Notes: generated by a model not told the origin, from the sequence alone. Counted from the first letter of the stretch, positions 1 to 9,531 are shown. The stretch is 34,430 nt of DNA from an uncultured Planctomycetales bacterium (GCA_964487475.1 CAZAPM010000002.1:124001-158430); one strand, 5' to 3'. Made by a program: numbers and translations.

Positions 1-1017
1 GTTCCGTTTCACTCCCGGGACGCAGCCTGCCGCAGAGGATATCGCAGGAGCGGGGACCGGGGTAAGTTATCAGGTGATCTTCGCGACTCCCGAGCTCGAA
101 GCCGCCTTCCGGAAATGGGAGGGGAGCACCGCATACAAGATATTGGNNNNNNNNNNNNNNNNNNNNNNNNNNNNNNNNNNNNNNNNNNNNNNNNNNNNNN
201 NNNNNNNNNNNNNNNNNNNNNNNNNNNNNNNNNNNNNNNNNNNNNNGAGCAGGTGGATAGGCTGACCGCGCAGGTGCGGCGCTACGCCGGCAATCCCGTG
301 GTCGCGGTGTTCCTGGCCCGGTGGACCTTTTCCCGCGAGGAGTCGCTCGATATCATGAATGATATGGTCCAGGTGTACACCCTGGCGCAGCTGTGGCAAC
401 TCAAAGATGTCCAAACGCAGTTTCGGGAAGCTGCGCCATTTGCCGTGCAGCAGCTTACCCGTATGCTGGAGGTGCTCAACCGGTCAATAGAAATGGCCGG
501 ACGCGGTCAGGGTATCCCTCTTAAATACGAGGCGTATGCCGGAAACCCCGGCTTGACCCGGTTCGCCGACATTGACCAGATCCTGGGGGATATGCCAGGC
601 TCGCAACCCGGCACTCCGCAGGATGGTCCTGGCCCGCAGGGGGGTGTCCCCTCTGGGGGCGTCCCCTTTAGGGGCGTCCCTGAGGTAGGGGGCGTTGATT
701 TTACCGCGATGCCGATGGTGGTCCAGGCGCTGGAGCGGGTACGCGCCCTGCCCGCCGTTTCTCCCGATCCCGCGCTTTCTTCCGAGGATGTGTCTCTGGA
801 ACAGGAACAGCTCTCCGGACTTATCCGCGCGGGCATCCAGGTCTCCGCGCAGCGCGCCGCAGAGCACGTGCAGCAGGTCATGGGGATGCCGTCCATGCGC
901 CCGGCTGCGCTGCAGCTTTTGCGCAGCATCCTGCGGCAGGACGAGCGGCTGTCCCGCCCCAGCGACCAGCGGCTCAAGGACCTTTTCGTGATCTTCGAAT
1001 CATCCGCCCTTCCGTAA
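1..1017 (+). CDS. C-terminal part of a large hypothetical protein (5' end outside the window, interrupted by an assembly gap)
   Basis: Frame 2 is open from 2 to 146 (FRFTPGTQ...AYKIL). The frame from 247 is open to TAA at 1015-1017. The C-terminal region GGVDFTAMPMVVQ...LKDLFVIFES follows a Gly/Pro-rich linker. Continuity across the gap is assumed. Confidence 0.65.
   Translation, partial: VPFHSRDAACRRGYRRSGDRGKLSGDLRDSRARSRLPEMGGEHRIQDIXXXXXXXXXXXXXXXXXXXXXXXXXXXXXXXXXXEQVDRLTAQVRRYAGNPVVAVFLARWTFSREESLDIMNDMVQVYTLAQLWQLKDVQTQFREAAPFAVQQLTRMLEVLNRSIEMAGRGQGIPLKYEAYAGNPGLTRFADIDQILGDMPGSQPGTPQDGPGPQGGVPSGGVPFRGVPEVGGVDFTAMPMVVQALERVRALPAVSPDPALSSEDVSLEQEQLSGLIRAGIQVSAQRAAEHVQQVMGMPSMRPAALQLLRSILRQDERLSRPSDQRLKDLFVIFESSALP
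147..246. other. Scaffold gap (100 N)
   Basis: Run of exactly 100 N, a typical placeholder for a gap of unknown size. Confidence 0.95.
640..681 (+). repeat. Palindromic 15-bp-unit repeat, copy 1 (in frame in ORF1, encodes GGVPSGGVPFRGVP)
   Basis: ggggtgtcccctctgggggcgtcccctttaggggcgtccct matches the copies at 21393, 21535, 24552 and 25173. Confidence 0.9.
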
Positions 1018-1024
1018 TTGCCCG

Positions 1025-1053
1025 TTGGCAAATCACCCTGCCGGTAGTATACT
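1025..1053 (+). promoter_or_regulatory. Sigma70-type promoter for the 1080+ operon
   Basis: TTGGCA (1025-1030), 17-bp spacer, TATACT (1048-1053); RBS AGGAGG at 1067-1072. Confidence 0.75.
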
Positions 1054-1079
1054 AGTATGAATCAATAGGAGGTACACAC

Positions 1080-1508
1080 ATGGAAAACATACCCGGAGCA
1101 ACTCCGTCTTCTGAGGCAGCGCCTCAGGCAGCGTCCCCGGCAGCGCCGCAGCCGGCAGCACCCGTTCCCGCCGTCCCGGTCTCGCCTACGGTGACGATCG
1201 AGGATTTCAAGAAGTTCGCGTTCCGCGTGGGAGAGATCAAGGAAGTGAAGGACCATCCCAATGCGGACAAACTCTATGTCCTGACCATCGACCTCGGAGG
1301 CAGGACCAAGCAGCTGGTCGCCGGGATCAAGCCTTCGTACCAGAAGGAAGAGCTGGTCGGAAAGCAGGTGGTGGTGGTGGATAACCTGCAGCCGGCGATG
1401 CTGCGGGGCGTGGAAAGCCAGGGGATGGTGCTGGCAGCCTCCGATGACGCCGGCATTGCCGTCGTCAGCCCCCTGCGCGCGGTCAAACTGGGAAGTACCG
1501 TTAAGTGA
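1080..1508 (+). CDS. Stand-alone tRNA-binding OB-fold protein (MetRS C-terminal/Trbp111/CsaA family) with a Pro/Ala-rich N-terminus
   Basis: TIEDFKK..FRVGEI..VKDHPNADKLYVLTIDLG...QLVAGI...NLQPAMLRGVESQGMVLAA is the tRNA_bind signature; strong RBS. Confidence 0.9.
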   Translation: MENIPGATPSSEAAPQAASPAAPQPAAPVPAVPVSPTVTIEDFKKFAFRVGEIKEVKDHPNADKLYVLTIDLGGRTKQLVAGIKPSYQKEELVGKQVVVVDNLQPAMLRGVESQGMVLAASDDAGIAVVSPLRAVKLGSTVK

Positions 1509-2005
1509 TCCCGCAGCGTATTCCCGGCCGCACCTGCATGTCCTGCAAGGGATGCTGCCGTTTCCTGGAAAAGGAAACGATGTGGGCGGTGCGGTTGTGC
1601 AAGGACGAACCGCTGGCAGCCATGGCCGCCGGCGAGATGGTGATCCCTCCGTCGGTGATCACCAAGGATTTCTGCCTGAGGCTCGAGCCTTCCCGTAAGG
1701 GCGCCGGATATGTCTGCGCGTGCCTGGAGGAGGTCTCGGGAGCCTGCCAGGTGTACCGCAACCGGCCGCTGGAGTGCCAGCTTTATCCGTTCCTGCTCTG
1801 CGCCGAGGGAAAGAAGAGATTCCTGGGGTACGATCCGCACTGTCCGTATATGCACGAGCACGAGGGGACCGGGATACTCAAGGAGTATGCCGCCGCGATC
1901 GTCGAGGCGCTGAAGACCCCGCAGATGCGCCTCCGGCTCAAGGAGAATCCGCACCTGTTCCAGGAGTATAAGGGTGTGGTGGAAGTCGCGGTCATCGACG
2001 TATGA
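1505..2005 (+). CDS. YkgJ/FliB-like cysteine-cluster (Zn or Fe-S) protein
   Basis: CMSCKGCC ... CACL...CQVYRNRPLECQLYPF...CP pattern; GTGA overlap with the upstream stop. Confidence 0.85.
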   Translation: MIPQRIPGRTCMSCKGCCRFLEKETMWAVRLCKDEPLAAMAAGEMVIPPSVITKDFCLRLEPSRKGAGYVCACLEEVSGACQVYRNRPLECQLYPFLLCAEGKKRFLGYDPHCPYMHEHEGTGILKEYAAAIVEALKTPQMRLRLKENPHLFQEYKGVVEVAVIDV

Positions 2006-2898
2006 TCCTCGAGGAATTGCAGCCGGCGCATAAGAGCCTGTTCGAGCGCCTGCGCGGGGAAACGCCCCCGTGCTTAAGCGCGTATGTGTTCGCCAACCTC
2101 TACGCCTGGAAACCGTTGTACAGGCTGCGTGTCGCGGCGCAGGAGGGCGTATTCGCGGTGTTCATGCAGGATGACGCCGGGATGTTCATGCCGCTTCCTC
2201 CGCTGGGAGAAGGGGTGACCCGGGAGACCGTCAGCCGGTGCTTCGAGCTGATGACCGCGCAGAGCAGGCATGCCGCCGTGGTGCGTATCGAGAATATCGC
2301 ACCGGAGCAGGCCGCCCAATATGAATCCTGGGGCTGGCTCCTGCGGGAAAAGCCCGGGGATTACGTTTGTTCGAGAGATGCCCTGGCGCAGCTGGCGGGT
2401 ACGGCGTATAAGCATAAACGGGCGGACGTCAACCGGTTCCTGCGGGAACATGATCCTCTGGTGCGGGAGCTTTCCCCGGAGGATGCGGCAGCGTGCCTGG
2501 AGCTTTACGGGCGGTGGATGCGGGAGCGCGCGGCAGCGCATCCGGATGCGCTGTACCGGGGGATGCTCGAGGATAACCGCAAGGCGCTGGAAACGGTGTT
2601 CGGCGAATATGCCGGGCTGGGAGTGCGCGGGATCGCGGTGGAGCTCGCCGGAAAACTGCAGGCGTTCACCTTAGGCGGAGAGATCTCCCGCGAGGCGTTC
2701 TGCGTGATCTTCGAAGTGGCGAACCTTAAGGTCAGGGGTTTGAGCCAGTTTATTTTCCGGGAGTTCGCCTCCCGGCTTGAAGAATACCGTTATCTTAACC
2801 TCATGGATGATTCCGGGCTGGAGAACTTATCCCGGGTAAAGCGGTCATACAATCCGGAGTTCATCTCCCGGGCATTCATTGCCACCATACGCGCATAA
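2002..2898 (+). CDS. DUF2156 / aminoacyl-phosphatidylglycerol synthase C-terminal-like GNAT protein (soluble)
   Basis: DYV....LAQLAGTAYKHKRADVNRF, FEVAN....GLSQFI, YLNLMDDSGLENLSRVKRSYNP; ATGA coupling. Confidence 0.85.
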   Translation: MILEELQPAHKSLFERLRGETPPCLSAYVFANLYAWKPLYRLRVAAQEGVFAVFMQDDAGMFMPLPPLGEGVTRETVSRCFELMTAQSRHAAVVRIENIAPEQAAQYESWGWLLREKPGDYVCSRDALAQLAGTAYKHKRADVNRFLREHDPLVRELSPEDAAACLELYGRWMRERAAAHPDALYRGMLEDNRKALETVFGEYAGLGVRGIAVELAGKLQAFTLGGEISREAFCVIFEVANLKVRGLSQFIFREFASRLEEYRYLNLMDDSGLENLSRVKRSYNPEFISRAFIATIRA

Positions 2899-2901
2899 GG
2901 G

Positions 2902-3480
2902 ATGGGAATAGACGAAACGGAATTCGTGATCTTCGATACGGAGACCACCGGGCTTTCTCCGGCGGCAGGAGACAGGGTGGTGGAAGTGGCGGCATTGCGT
3001 TCGCTCGGCGGCCGGGTTTCGGCGTCCTTCGAGAGCCTGATCCAGACCGGGGTGCCTGTCTCCGAAGGTGCGTTCCGGGTGAATCAGATCTCTCCGCAGA
3101 TGCTGGAGGATGCGCCCGTAGCGCATGAGGTCTGGCCGCGGTTCCTGGAGTTTTCCCGCAGCGCAGTCTGGTGCACGTATAACGCGCCGTTTGACATGGG
3201 GTTCCTTTGCCACGAGCTTTCCCTGCTCGGCAGGACGCTGCCCGAGGGGGTGGCGGTGATCGATGTGCTGCGCATGGCCCGGGCTTTGATGCCCGGCCTT
3301 TCCCGTTACGCGTTATGGTGCGTGGCCGAGGCCAACGGCATGCAGCTGGCCCAGCGTCACCGGGCTATGGCCGACGTGGAGATGACGCATGAGGTGTTCC
3401 GCAGCCTTTTGGAGATCGCCCGCGCCAAAGGGGTCACGGATATCGAGGAGCTGGTGAAATGTTTCGGGTATATCGCATGA
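2902..3480 (+). CDS. DEDDh 3'-5' exonuclease (DnaQ/PolC-exo family)
   Basis: Exo I FDTETTG, Exo II YNAPFD, Exo III HRAMAD. Confidence 0.92.
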   Translation: MGIDETEFVIFDTETTGLSPAAGDRVVEVAALRSLGGRVSASFESLIQTGVPVSEGAFRVNQISPQMLEDAPVAHEVWPRFLEFSRSAVWCTYNAPFDMGFLCHELSLLGRTLPEGVAVIDVLRMARALMPGLSRYALWCVAEANGMQLAQRHRAMADVEMTHEVFRSLLEIARAKGVTDIEELVKCFGYIA

Positions 3481-5849
3481 CCCGGGGTGCGTTTTCAGGG
3501 TGGATGCTCGTGGCCGGGCTGGTCCTGGCCGGAGGATGCCATCCCCGGGATGATGTTGCCCGCGCCCGGGAAGATCTGCGTCAGGGGCAGGAGTATTTGC
3601 GGCGCTCCCAGGCCCTTTTCGAAGCCGGAGTGGCCCGCGATGCCGGTTCGCAGGAGAGCCTCCTCGGGCTGGGGGATGTGTTATACGCGCAAGGGAAGTT
3701 TTCCGAGGCGGCAGCGCAGTATGCCCGGGTGGAGACGGAGGCGTCTTTCAAGAAACAGGGGATGGCCCGCTACCACGCCGGGGATTTTTCCGCGGCCACC
3801 GAGGCGTTCGGCCGCATCGCCCGGAGGGACGATCAGGCCAACTATTATTTCGGTTTGAGTTGCGAGAAGCTCAATCTGTTTGAAAAGGCGCTGGCCGCCT
3901 ACGCGCAGATCGACGGGGGTGAGTTCGGGCCTCAGGCCCGGGCGCGCCAGCACGCCATCGAGCGGCAGCGCAGCGCCGTGCGCATAGAAACGCTCGACCC
4001 TTTTGCCGCTAAGCTCATCGCCTCCGCCCCTGCGGACGCGAAGTACCCGCAGGCGGGAGCGCTGATACTCTGGTGCGACGAATCGATGGAGCTGACCCGG
4101 GATAACCGGTTGATCACCACCACGCACTACCTGGTCAAGGTCCTCAACGACCGGGGCAAGCAGGATTTTTCCGAGGCCCAGCTGGAATACGACTCGACGG
4201 ACGAGAAGGTGACGCTGGAGTTTGCCCGCACCATCAAGCCCGATGGCACGGTCGCGGAAGTGGGGGAGCGTCACATCCGCGATGTCTCCAAGTACCTCAA
4301 TTTTCCTCTCTACAGCAATGCCCGGGTAAGGATCATCTCCTTCCCTGAGGTGGCGCAGGGGTCGGTGCTGGAGTATAAAGCGGTCACGGAGCGCCGTCAG
4401 CTGGTCAACGGCAAGGATGTCTCCCTCGCGTATCCTCTCCGCAGCCGGGAGCCGGTGCTGGACGCCCGTTTTTCCCTGACCGTGCCCCGGGGCCGCGAAC
4501 TCAAGTTCTCATACCTTAACCGGGAATTAGCCGATGCGGGGATGATGATGGAGCCTCTGGTCGAGGAGACGGCGCAGACCAAGGTGTACCGCTGGAAATA
4601 CCTGGATATCCCCCAGATCGTGCCGGAACCGCATATGCCTCCCCTCGCGGAGGTCAACCCTACGGTCATCTTTTCCTCCTTCCGGGATTGGCAGGAGCTG
4701 TATGCCTGGTGGTGGCCGCTGGCAAAAGACAAGGTCCGCGCGGATGCGGATATCTCCGCGAAGGTTTCCGCGCTTACCGCGGGTAAACCTACGCCGGAGG
4801 AAAAGGCCCGGGCCCTGTATGAGTTCTGCGCGCAGCATATCCGCTACGTGGCGGTGGAGTACGGAGACGCAGGCTACGAACCGCATGAGGCGTCTTTGGT
4901 GTTCCGGAACAAATACGGAGATTGCAAGGATCAGGCCGTGCTTTTAGCCGCCATGCTGCAGGAGGCGGGGTTGGAAGCCGCCCTGGTGCTTATCCCGACC
5001 AGGGAGATGCCCCAGATGCGGGAGGCGTTCCCCTCGATGCTGTTCAATCATTGTATCGCCGCGGTCAGGCTGGAGGGCAACTGGGTTTACCTCGATCCGA
5101 CCGCGGAGACGTGCGCATTCGGCGATCTTCCCGAGGGGGATCAGGACCGCACCGTCCTGGTGTGCACGGGCAAGGGATATTCCATCGGCCGCACTCCCTT
5201 ATACGAGGCGCCGCATAATCTTCTCGAGCACCTGACCGATATCTCCATTTTGCCGGAGGGGGGTATTGAAGCCTCCCGCAAGGTCTTTACGCGGGGCGGG
5301 GTGGCGCAGGGGCAGCGCTACTGGCTGCGGTATTCCCAGCCGGAGAAGATCACCCATACCCTTGAGGAAAAAGTGCAGGGGATGACGGTGGGCGGCGCGC
5401 TGGAGGGCTACGAAGTGCTCGGGGCCGAAACGCTCGTCGAGCCGGTGGAGCTCCGTTACCGTTTCAAGGGGCCGGAGTATCTCCTGCGCGCGGGGAAACT
5501 GCGCATCGTCCCGGAACTCGTGGATATGGACCTGAACCTGGTGGCTGCCGAGACGCGCCGCTTCCCCCTGGACTTGGGGACTCCGCTTGTGCAGCGCTCC
5601 CAGGTGACCTTATCCTTACCTTCGGGAATGCGCGTGGAGTATCTGCCGGAAGGGGTCAGGGAGGACACGCCGTGGTATTCCTGCGCGGTTTCCTGCCGCG
5701 CCGAAGGGGCGAAGATCGTCTGCGAACAGGAGCTGCGCTATAAGGTCAGGCAGATCTCCGTGACGGATTATCCCAAGTTCAAGCAGTCTTATGAAGAGAC
5801 CGCGCGCCGGATCAAGCCGCGCATCGTATTGGAGAAGACAGATGGATAA
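3477..5849 (+). CDS. Lipoprotein with TPR repeats, DUF3857 domain and transglutaminase-like core
   Basis: Start moved to ATG 3477 (ATGA overlap). Lipobox LAGGC, TPR-like helices, catalytic-triad motifs YGDCKD / FNHCI / YLDPT. Confidence 0.88.
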   Translation: MTRGAFSGWMLVAGLVLAGGCHPRDDVARAREDLRQGQEYLRRSQALFEAGVARDAGSQESLLGLGDVLYAQGKFSEAAAQYARVETEASFKKQGMARYHAGDFSAATEAFGRIARRDDQANYYFGLSCEKLNLFEKALAAYAQIDGGEFGPQARARQHAIERQRSAVRIETLDPFAAKLIASAPADAKYPQAGALILWCDESMELTRDNRLITTTHYLVKVLNDRGKQDFSEAQLEYDSTDEKVTLEFARTIKPDGTVAEVGERHIRDVSKYLNFPLYSNARVRIISFPEVAQGSVLEYKAVTERRQLVNGKDVSLAYPLRSREPVLDARFSLTVPRGRELKFSYLNRELADAGMMMEPLVEETAQTKVYRWKYLDIPQIVPEPHMPPLAEVNPTVIFSSFRDWQELYAWWWPLAKDKVRADADISAKVSALTAGKPTPEEKARALYEFCAQHIRYVAVEYGDAGYEPHEASLVFRNKYGDCKDQAVLLAAMLQEAGLEAALVLIPTREMPQMREAFPSMLFNHCIAAVRLEGNWVYLDPTAETCAFGDLPEGDQDRTVLVCTGKGYSIGRTPLYEAPHNLLEHLTDISILPEGGIEASRKVFTRGGVAQGQRYWLRYSQPEKITHTLEEKVQGMTVGGALEGYEVLGAETLVEPVELRYRFKGPEYLLRAGKLRIVPELVDMDLNLVAAETRRFPLDLGTPLVQRSQVTLSLPSGMRVEYLPEGVREDTPWYSCAVSCRAEGAKIVCEQELRYKVRQISVTDYPKFKQSYEETARRIKPRIVLEKTDG

Positions 5850-7692
5850 TGCCAGCGCCATGGGAGCGGAGCAGCGCAAATACATTCGTCTTAATTCGGT
5901 CTTCCCTATCCAGTGGAGGCTGATGGATGATGCCGGGCACTATGTGAACCCTTCCCCGCACGTGGGGTTCACCAGCAACGTGAGCAAGGGCGGTTTGTGC
6001 CTGTGCGTGCGCAACATCTCGGTGGAAGCGGCGCAGCTGCTGTATGCAGGCAAGGGGATGTTCTCCCTGGATATCGAAATGCCCTTCTCTCCGCAGCCTA
6101 TCGCGGCGCTGGCCCGGGTGGCATGGATGCGGCATCTTCCGCAGGAGCCGGATAAATATTACGTCGGCCTGGAGTATGCACAGATCGACCCGCGGCACGA
6201 GAGGATGATCCTGCGTTTCGCGCGGATGAAGGTGTGGTGGCCTAAGATCACGGTCGCGGCGTTCCTGCTGCTGGTGCTGGCGTTCGGGGTGAATTATCTT
6301 CATACCGAGACGCTGATGCGCCAGAACCGGGAATTGGTCGGGCAGCTGGCGCGCACCATGGCGCAATCCAACGCCGCGCGGCAGCAGCTGGATGAGGCGG
6401 CGTCGAAGCGCGAATCCCTGCAAAAGGAACTGGCGGCATTGCAGGGGGACGATATCGCACAGCAGAAGCAGGAGCTCGAGGCATTGATCCTGCAGGCCCA
6501 GGAAAAAGAAGCCGTGGCCGCCGGAGAGCTGACCCGTATCAACGAACAGAAAGCCCAGGTGGAAAAAGCCGCCTTCGAGAAGATGTACCGCTGGCTGGCC
6601 GTGCATCAGAACCCCCGCACCGGACTGGTGATGAGCTTTGAGGGGGATGCGGCGGTGTCCGACTGGGGGTTCATCTACGATCAATCTCTGGCAGCCCAGG
6701 CGTACCTTTTGCTGGGCGAAAAAGAGCGCGCGGCGAAAGTGCTGGAGTTCTTCCTTTCCCGGGCAGAGCGCAGCCAGGGGCTTTTCTACAATGCCTATTA
6801 TGTGAAGGACGGTACTCCCGCCGAGTACACCGTGCACTGCGGACCGAACCTCTGGCTGGGGATCGCCGCGCTGCAGTATTACCAGAGCAGCCGGGATACG
6901 CGTTACCTTGCGCTGGCGCAGCAGGTCGCCGAGGGGATCCGGCGGATACAGGCGCAGGATGCGGAGGGCGGGCTGGCGGGCGGGCCGGGCGTCGAGTGGT
7001 ATTCCACCGAGCATAATCTCGACGGATATGCCTTTTTCGATATGCTTTTCAAGGTAAGCGGCCAGCCGGAGTACGCGCAAAGCCGGGACCTGATCCTGGC
7101 CTGGCTGGTGGCGCATGCGTATGACAAGGCCGAGGTCCCCATCCGGCGGGGCAAGGGGGATTCCACCATCGCGACGGATACCTATGCCTGGTCCATCGCC
7201 GCCATCGGCCCGCGCAAGCTCAAAGAGCTGGGCATGGACCCGGACGAGATCATGATCTTCGCCCGGCAGCAGTGCGGGATCGAGGTGGAGTATCGCCGGC
7301 CCGACGGAGAAACGGTCAGGGTCAGAGGGTTCGATTTCGCGCCGGGCATGAACATCGCCCGCGGAGGCGTCGTCTCCAGCGAATGGACCGCGCAGATGGT
7401 GCTTTCCTTCAAGCTGATGGAGGAGTATCACCGGGAAGAGGGCCGGTATGCGGCCGCGGATGAATACCGCCGCCTGCAGACCGAGCATCTGCTTTCCCTG
7501 GTGAAGATGATCATCTCCAGCCCTTCCCCCAGCGGGCAGGGCGCCGGCTGCCTGCCGTATGCGACGCAGGAGGCCGTGGATACCGGGCACGGGTGGAGCA
7601 CCCCCAGGGGCAGCTCCACCGGGTCCATCGCCGGTACCGCCTACACGCTTTTCGCGTATCACGGGTACAATCCTCTTGCCTGGAAGGAATGA
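5842..7692 (+). CDS. PilZ domain + TM helix + coiled coil + six-hairpin glycosidase-like domain
   Basis: Start moved to ATG 5842. EQRKYIR (RxxxR) and NVSKGG ([D/N]xSxxG) PilZ motifs; TM ITVAAFLLLVLAFGVNY; Q/E-rich coiled coil; C-terminal (alpha/alpha)6-like region with IYDQSL, STEHNLD, SSEWTAQM. Confidence 0.75.
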   Translation: MDNASAMGAEQRKYIRLNSVFPIQWRLMDDAGHYVNPSPHVGFTSNVSKGGLCLCVRNISVEAAQLLYAGKGMFSLDIEMPFSPQPIAALARVAWMRHLPQEPDKYYVGLEYAQIDPRHERMILRFARMKVWWPKITVAAFLLLVLAFGVNYLHTETLMRQNRELVGQLARTMAQSNAARQQLDEAASKRESLQKELAALQGDDIAQQKQELEALILQAQEKEAVAAGELTRINEQKAQVEKAAFEKMYRWLAVHQNPRTGLVMSFEGDAAVSDWGFIYDQSLAAQAYLLLGEKERAAKVLEFFLSRAERSQGLFYNAYYVKDGTPAEYTVHCGPNLWLGIAALQYYQSSRDTRYLALAQQVAEGIRRIQAQDAEGGLAGGPGVEWYSTEHNLDGYAFFDMLFKVSGQPEYAQSRDLILAWLVAHAYDKAEVPIRRGKGDSTIATDTYAWSIAAIGPRKLKELGMDPDEIMIFARQQCGIEVEYRRPDGETVRVRGFDFAPGMNIARGGVVSSEWTAQMVLSFKLMEEYHREEGRYAAADEYRRLQTEHLLSLVKMIISSPSPSGQGAGCLPYATQEAVDTGHGWSTPRGSSTGSIAGTAYTLFAYHGYNPLAWKE

Positions 7693-7720
7693 GCGGAGGT
7701 ACAATCAAAGGGAGGGAGTG

Positions 7721-8407
7721 ATGCAGAGGCTGTTGCTGGCGTTATTGCTCATCGGTGTCGGATGCTCCGCGGCGAATGCCGCGCCCTGTTACGGTACGGC
7801 CATGCCGGAGAAACACCGGGCGGTGGTCGGGGTGCAGTCGTATACGGTCATCAACCGGTACCTGGAGCAGGAGTATGGTTCTTTGCGCAGCCAGCAGGAG
7901 TTCGTGCTTCTTTCTTTGGGCGTTACCGAGTGGCTTTCCCTGGATTTGAAAGGCGGATTCGGCAACGTGAAGCAGCGTCCTTTAACCGGCGCGGAGATCG
8001 ATTATCCCGCGTATCTGGGGGGAGGATACGGATTCAGGGTGCGGGTGCTGGAGCATGGCCGGTTTAAATCGGTGGCGGGATTCCAGCACATCAGCGTGCA
8101 CCCCTATTCGGTCCAGCTCAATGATACCGGGAATAAAGCAGTGCTGGATGACTGGCAGTGGTCGTGGCTGGCGTCCTGCGCGTTTTCCCGTGCCACGCCG
8201 TACGCCGGCATCCGCGGCTCGCGCATGGATTATATCCACTGGTGGGACGGCCGCCGGGAGAGGAAGCGCGTGCAGTCTGATACTTCCCATCCCCTCGGCG
8301 TGATCGCGGGGGTGGACGTGCCCTTAGGGGAGCGCGTCTGGATAAACCTGGAAGGCTCTTTTGTCGACGGCGAAGCGGTGGCCGTGAGCCTGAATTACCG
8401 ACTCTGA
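7721..8407 (+). CDS. Secreted protein, probable outer-membrane beta-barrel
   Basis: Start moved to ATG 7721 after GGAGGGAG. Signal peptide MQRLLLALLLIGVGCSAANA; alternating beta-strand pattern ending VSLNYRL. Confidence 0.65.
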   Translation: MQRLLLALLLIGVGCSAANAAPCYGTAMPEKHRAVVGVQSYTVINRYLEQEYGSLRSQQEFVLLSLGVTEWLSLDLKGGFGNVKQRPLTGAEIDYPAYLGGGYGFRVRVLEHGRFKSVAGFQHISVHPYSVQLNDTGNKAVLDDWQWSWLASCAFSRATPYAGIRGSRMDYIHWWDGRRERKRVQSDTSHPLGVIAGVDVPLGERVWINLEGSFVDGEAVAVSLNYRL

Positions 8408-8409
8408 CC

Positions 8410-9531
8410 ATGGACCATGACGATCGTGTAATAGCGCTGCTGCGGCAGCTGGTGGAGATAGATTCGCAGAACCCGCCCGGGAACGAGCGGGCGATCGCGG
8501 AGTTCGTGCGCGCATTTTTAGGCCGGCTGAAGGTCCCCTGCCGCTTCATCGAGTACCGCAAGGACCGTACTAACGTGCTGGCGTCCCTTAAGGGGACGGG
8601 ACGCAAAAGCCTGCTCATCACCCCGCATCTGGATACGGTGCCGGCGGGCAAGAGCTGGAAGATGCCGCCTCTGGCCGGGACCGTCCGGGCCGGCCGCCTC
8701 TACGGGCTCGGCACGACGGATTGTAAATGCAACCTGGCGGTGAGCCTGGAAGTGATCCGGCGTCTGGTGGAGGATAAGGTGCGGCTTCCCTATACGTTGA
8801 CCTTCGCGGCGACCGCGGATGAAGAGACCGGGTCGGACCAGGGGATCGTGCCGCTGCTGCGGCGAAAAGTGCTTTCTCCGGATGCGGCGGTGGTGCTGGA
8901 TGCGGACGATTTCAGCATCGTGGTCGCGCAGAAGGGCCTGCTGCACGTTAAGGTCAAGGTGCGGGGGAAAAAGGCGCACGGCGCCTATCCCGAACGGGGG
9001 ATCAATGCCATTTCCGCCGCGACGCGCATCCTCTCCGACTTGCAGCGGATCCGCCCGGCGGCGTCGAAGTGCAAGTATCTCAAGCCCGCGACCATGAACC
9101 CCGGCACCATCCACGGCGGGGATAAGGTCAACGTGGTCGCCGACTGGTGCGAGATGGAGCTGGATTTCCGTTACCTGCCCGGAGAGCGGGCAAAGGATAT
9201 CCTTAAGACTCTGCGGGGGATATGCCGCCGCCATGCGCGCAAGTTCTCACTGGAAGTGGACGGCGTACAGATGCCCTACCTGATATCGGAGGGGCATCCG
9301 CTGGTCGCGGGGCTTACCCGCGCCATGAAGGCGCACGGTGTGGCGCCCGTCTTAAGCGGTTCGGAGGGCGCGACCGTCATCACCTTCTTCCAGGACCGCA
9401 AGATCCCGGCGGTGGCGACGGGCTTCGGCTCCGAGGGGTGCGCGCATATCGCCGATGAGTATGTCCGTCTGCGCAATTTGCGCAAAGGTGTCGCCGTACT
9501 GGAAACTTTTCTCAGAGAATACCGGTTTTAA
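8410..9531 (+). CDS. M20 family metallo-hydrolase (ArgE/DapE-like)
   Basis: HLDTVP, GRLYGLGTTDCK, ADEETGS, AHGAYPERGINAI, AHIADEYV. Confidence 0.9.
   Translation: MDHDDRVIALLRQLVEIDSQNPPGNERAIAEFVRAFLGRLKVPCRFIEYRKDRTNVLASLKGTGRKSLLITPHLDTVPAGKSWKMPPLAGTVRAGRLYGLGTTDCKCNLAVSLEVIRRLVEDKVRLPYTLTFAATADEETGSDQGIVPLLRRKVLSPDAAVVLDADDFSIVVAQKGLLHVKVKVRGKKAHGAYPERGINAISAATRILSDLQRIRPAASKCKYLKPATMNPGTIHGGDKVNVVADWCEMELDFRYLPGERAKDILKTLRGICRRHARKFSLEVDGVQMPYLISEGHPLVAGLTRAMKAHGVAPVLSGSEGATVITFFQDRKIPAVATGFGSEGCAHIADEYVRLRNLRKGVAVLETFLREYRF

Noticed and set aside
5812..7704. 630-aa minus-strand ORF
   Set aside because: Antisense shadow of the PilZ fusion gene; no recognisable motifs, and such shadows are common in GC-rich DNA.
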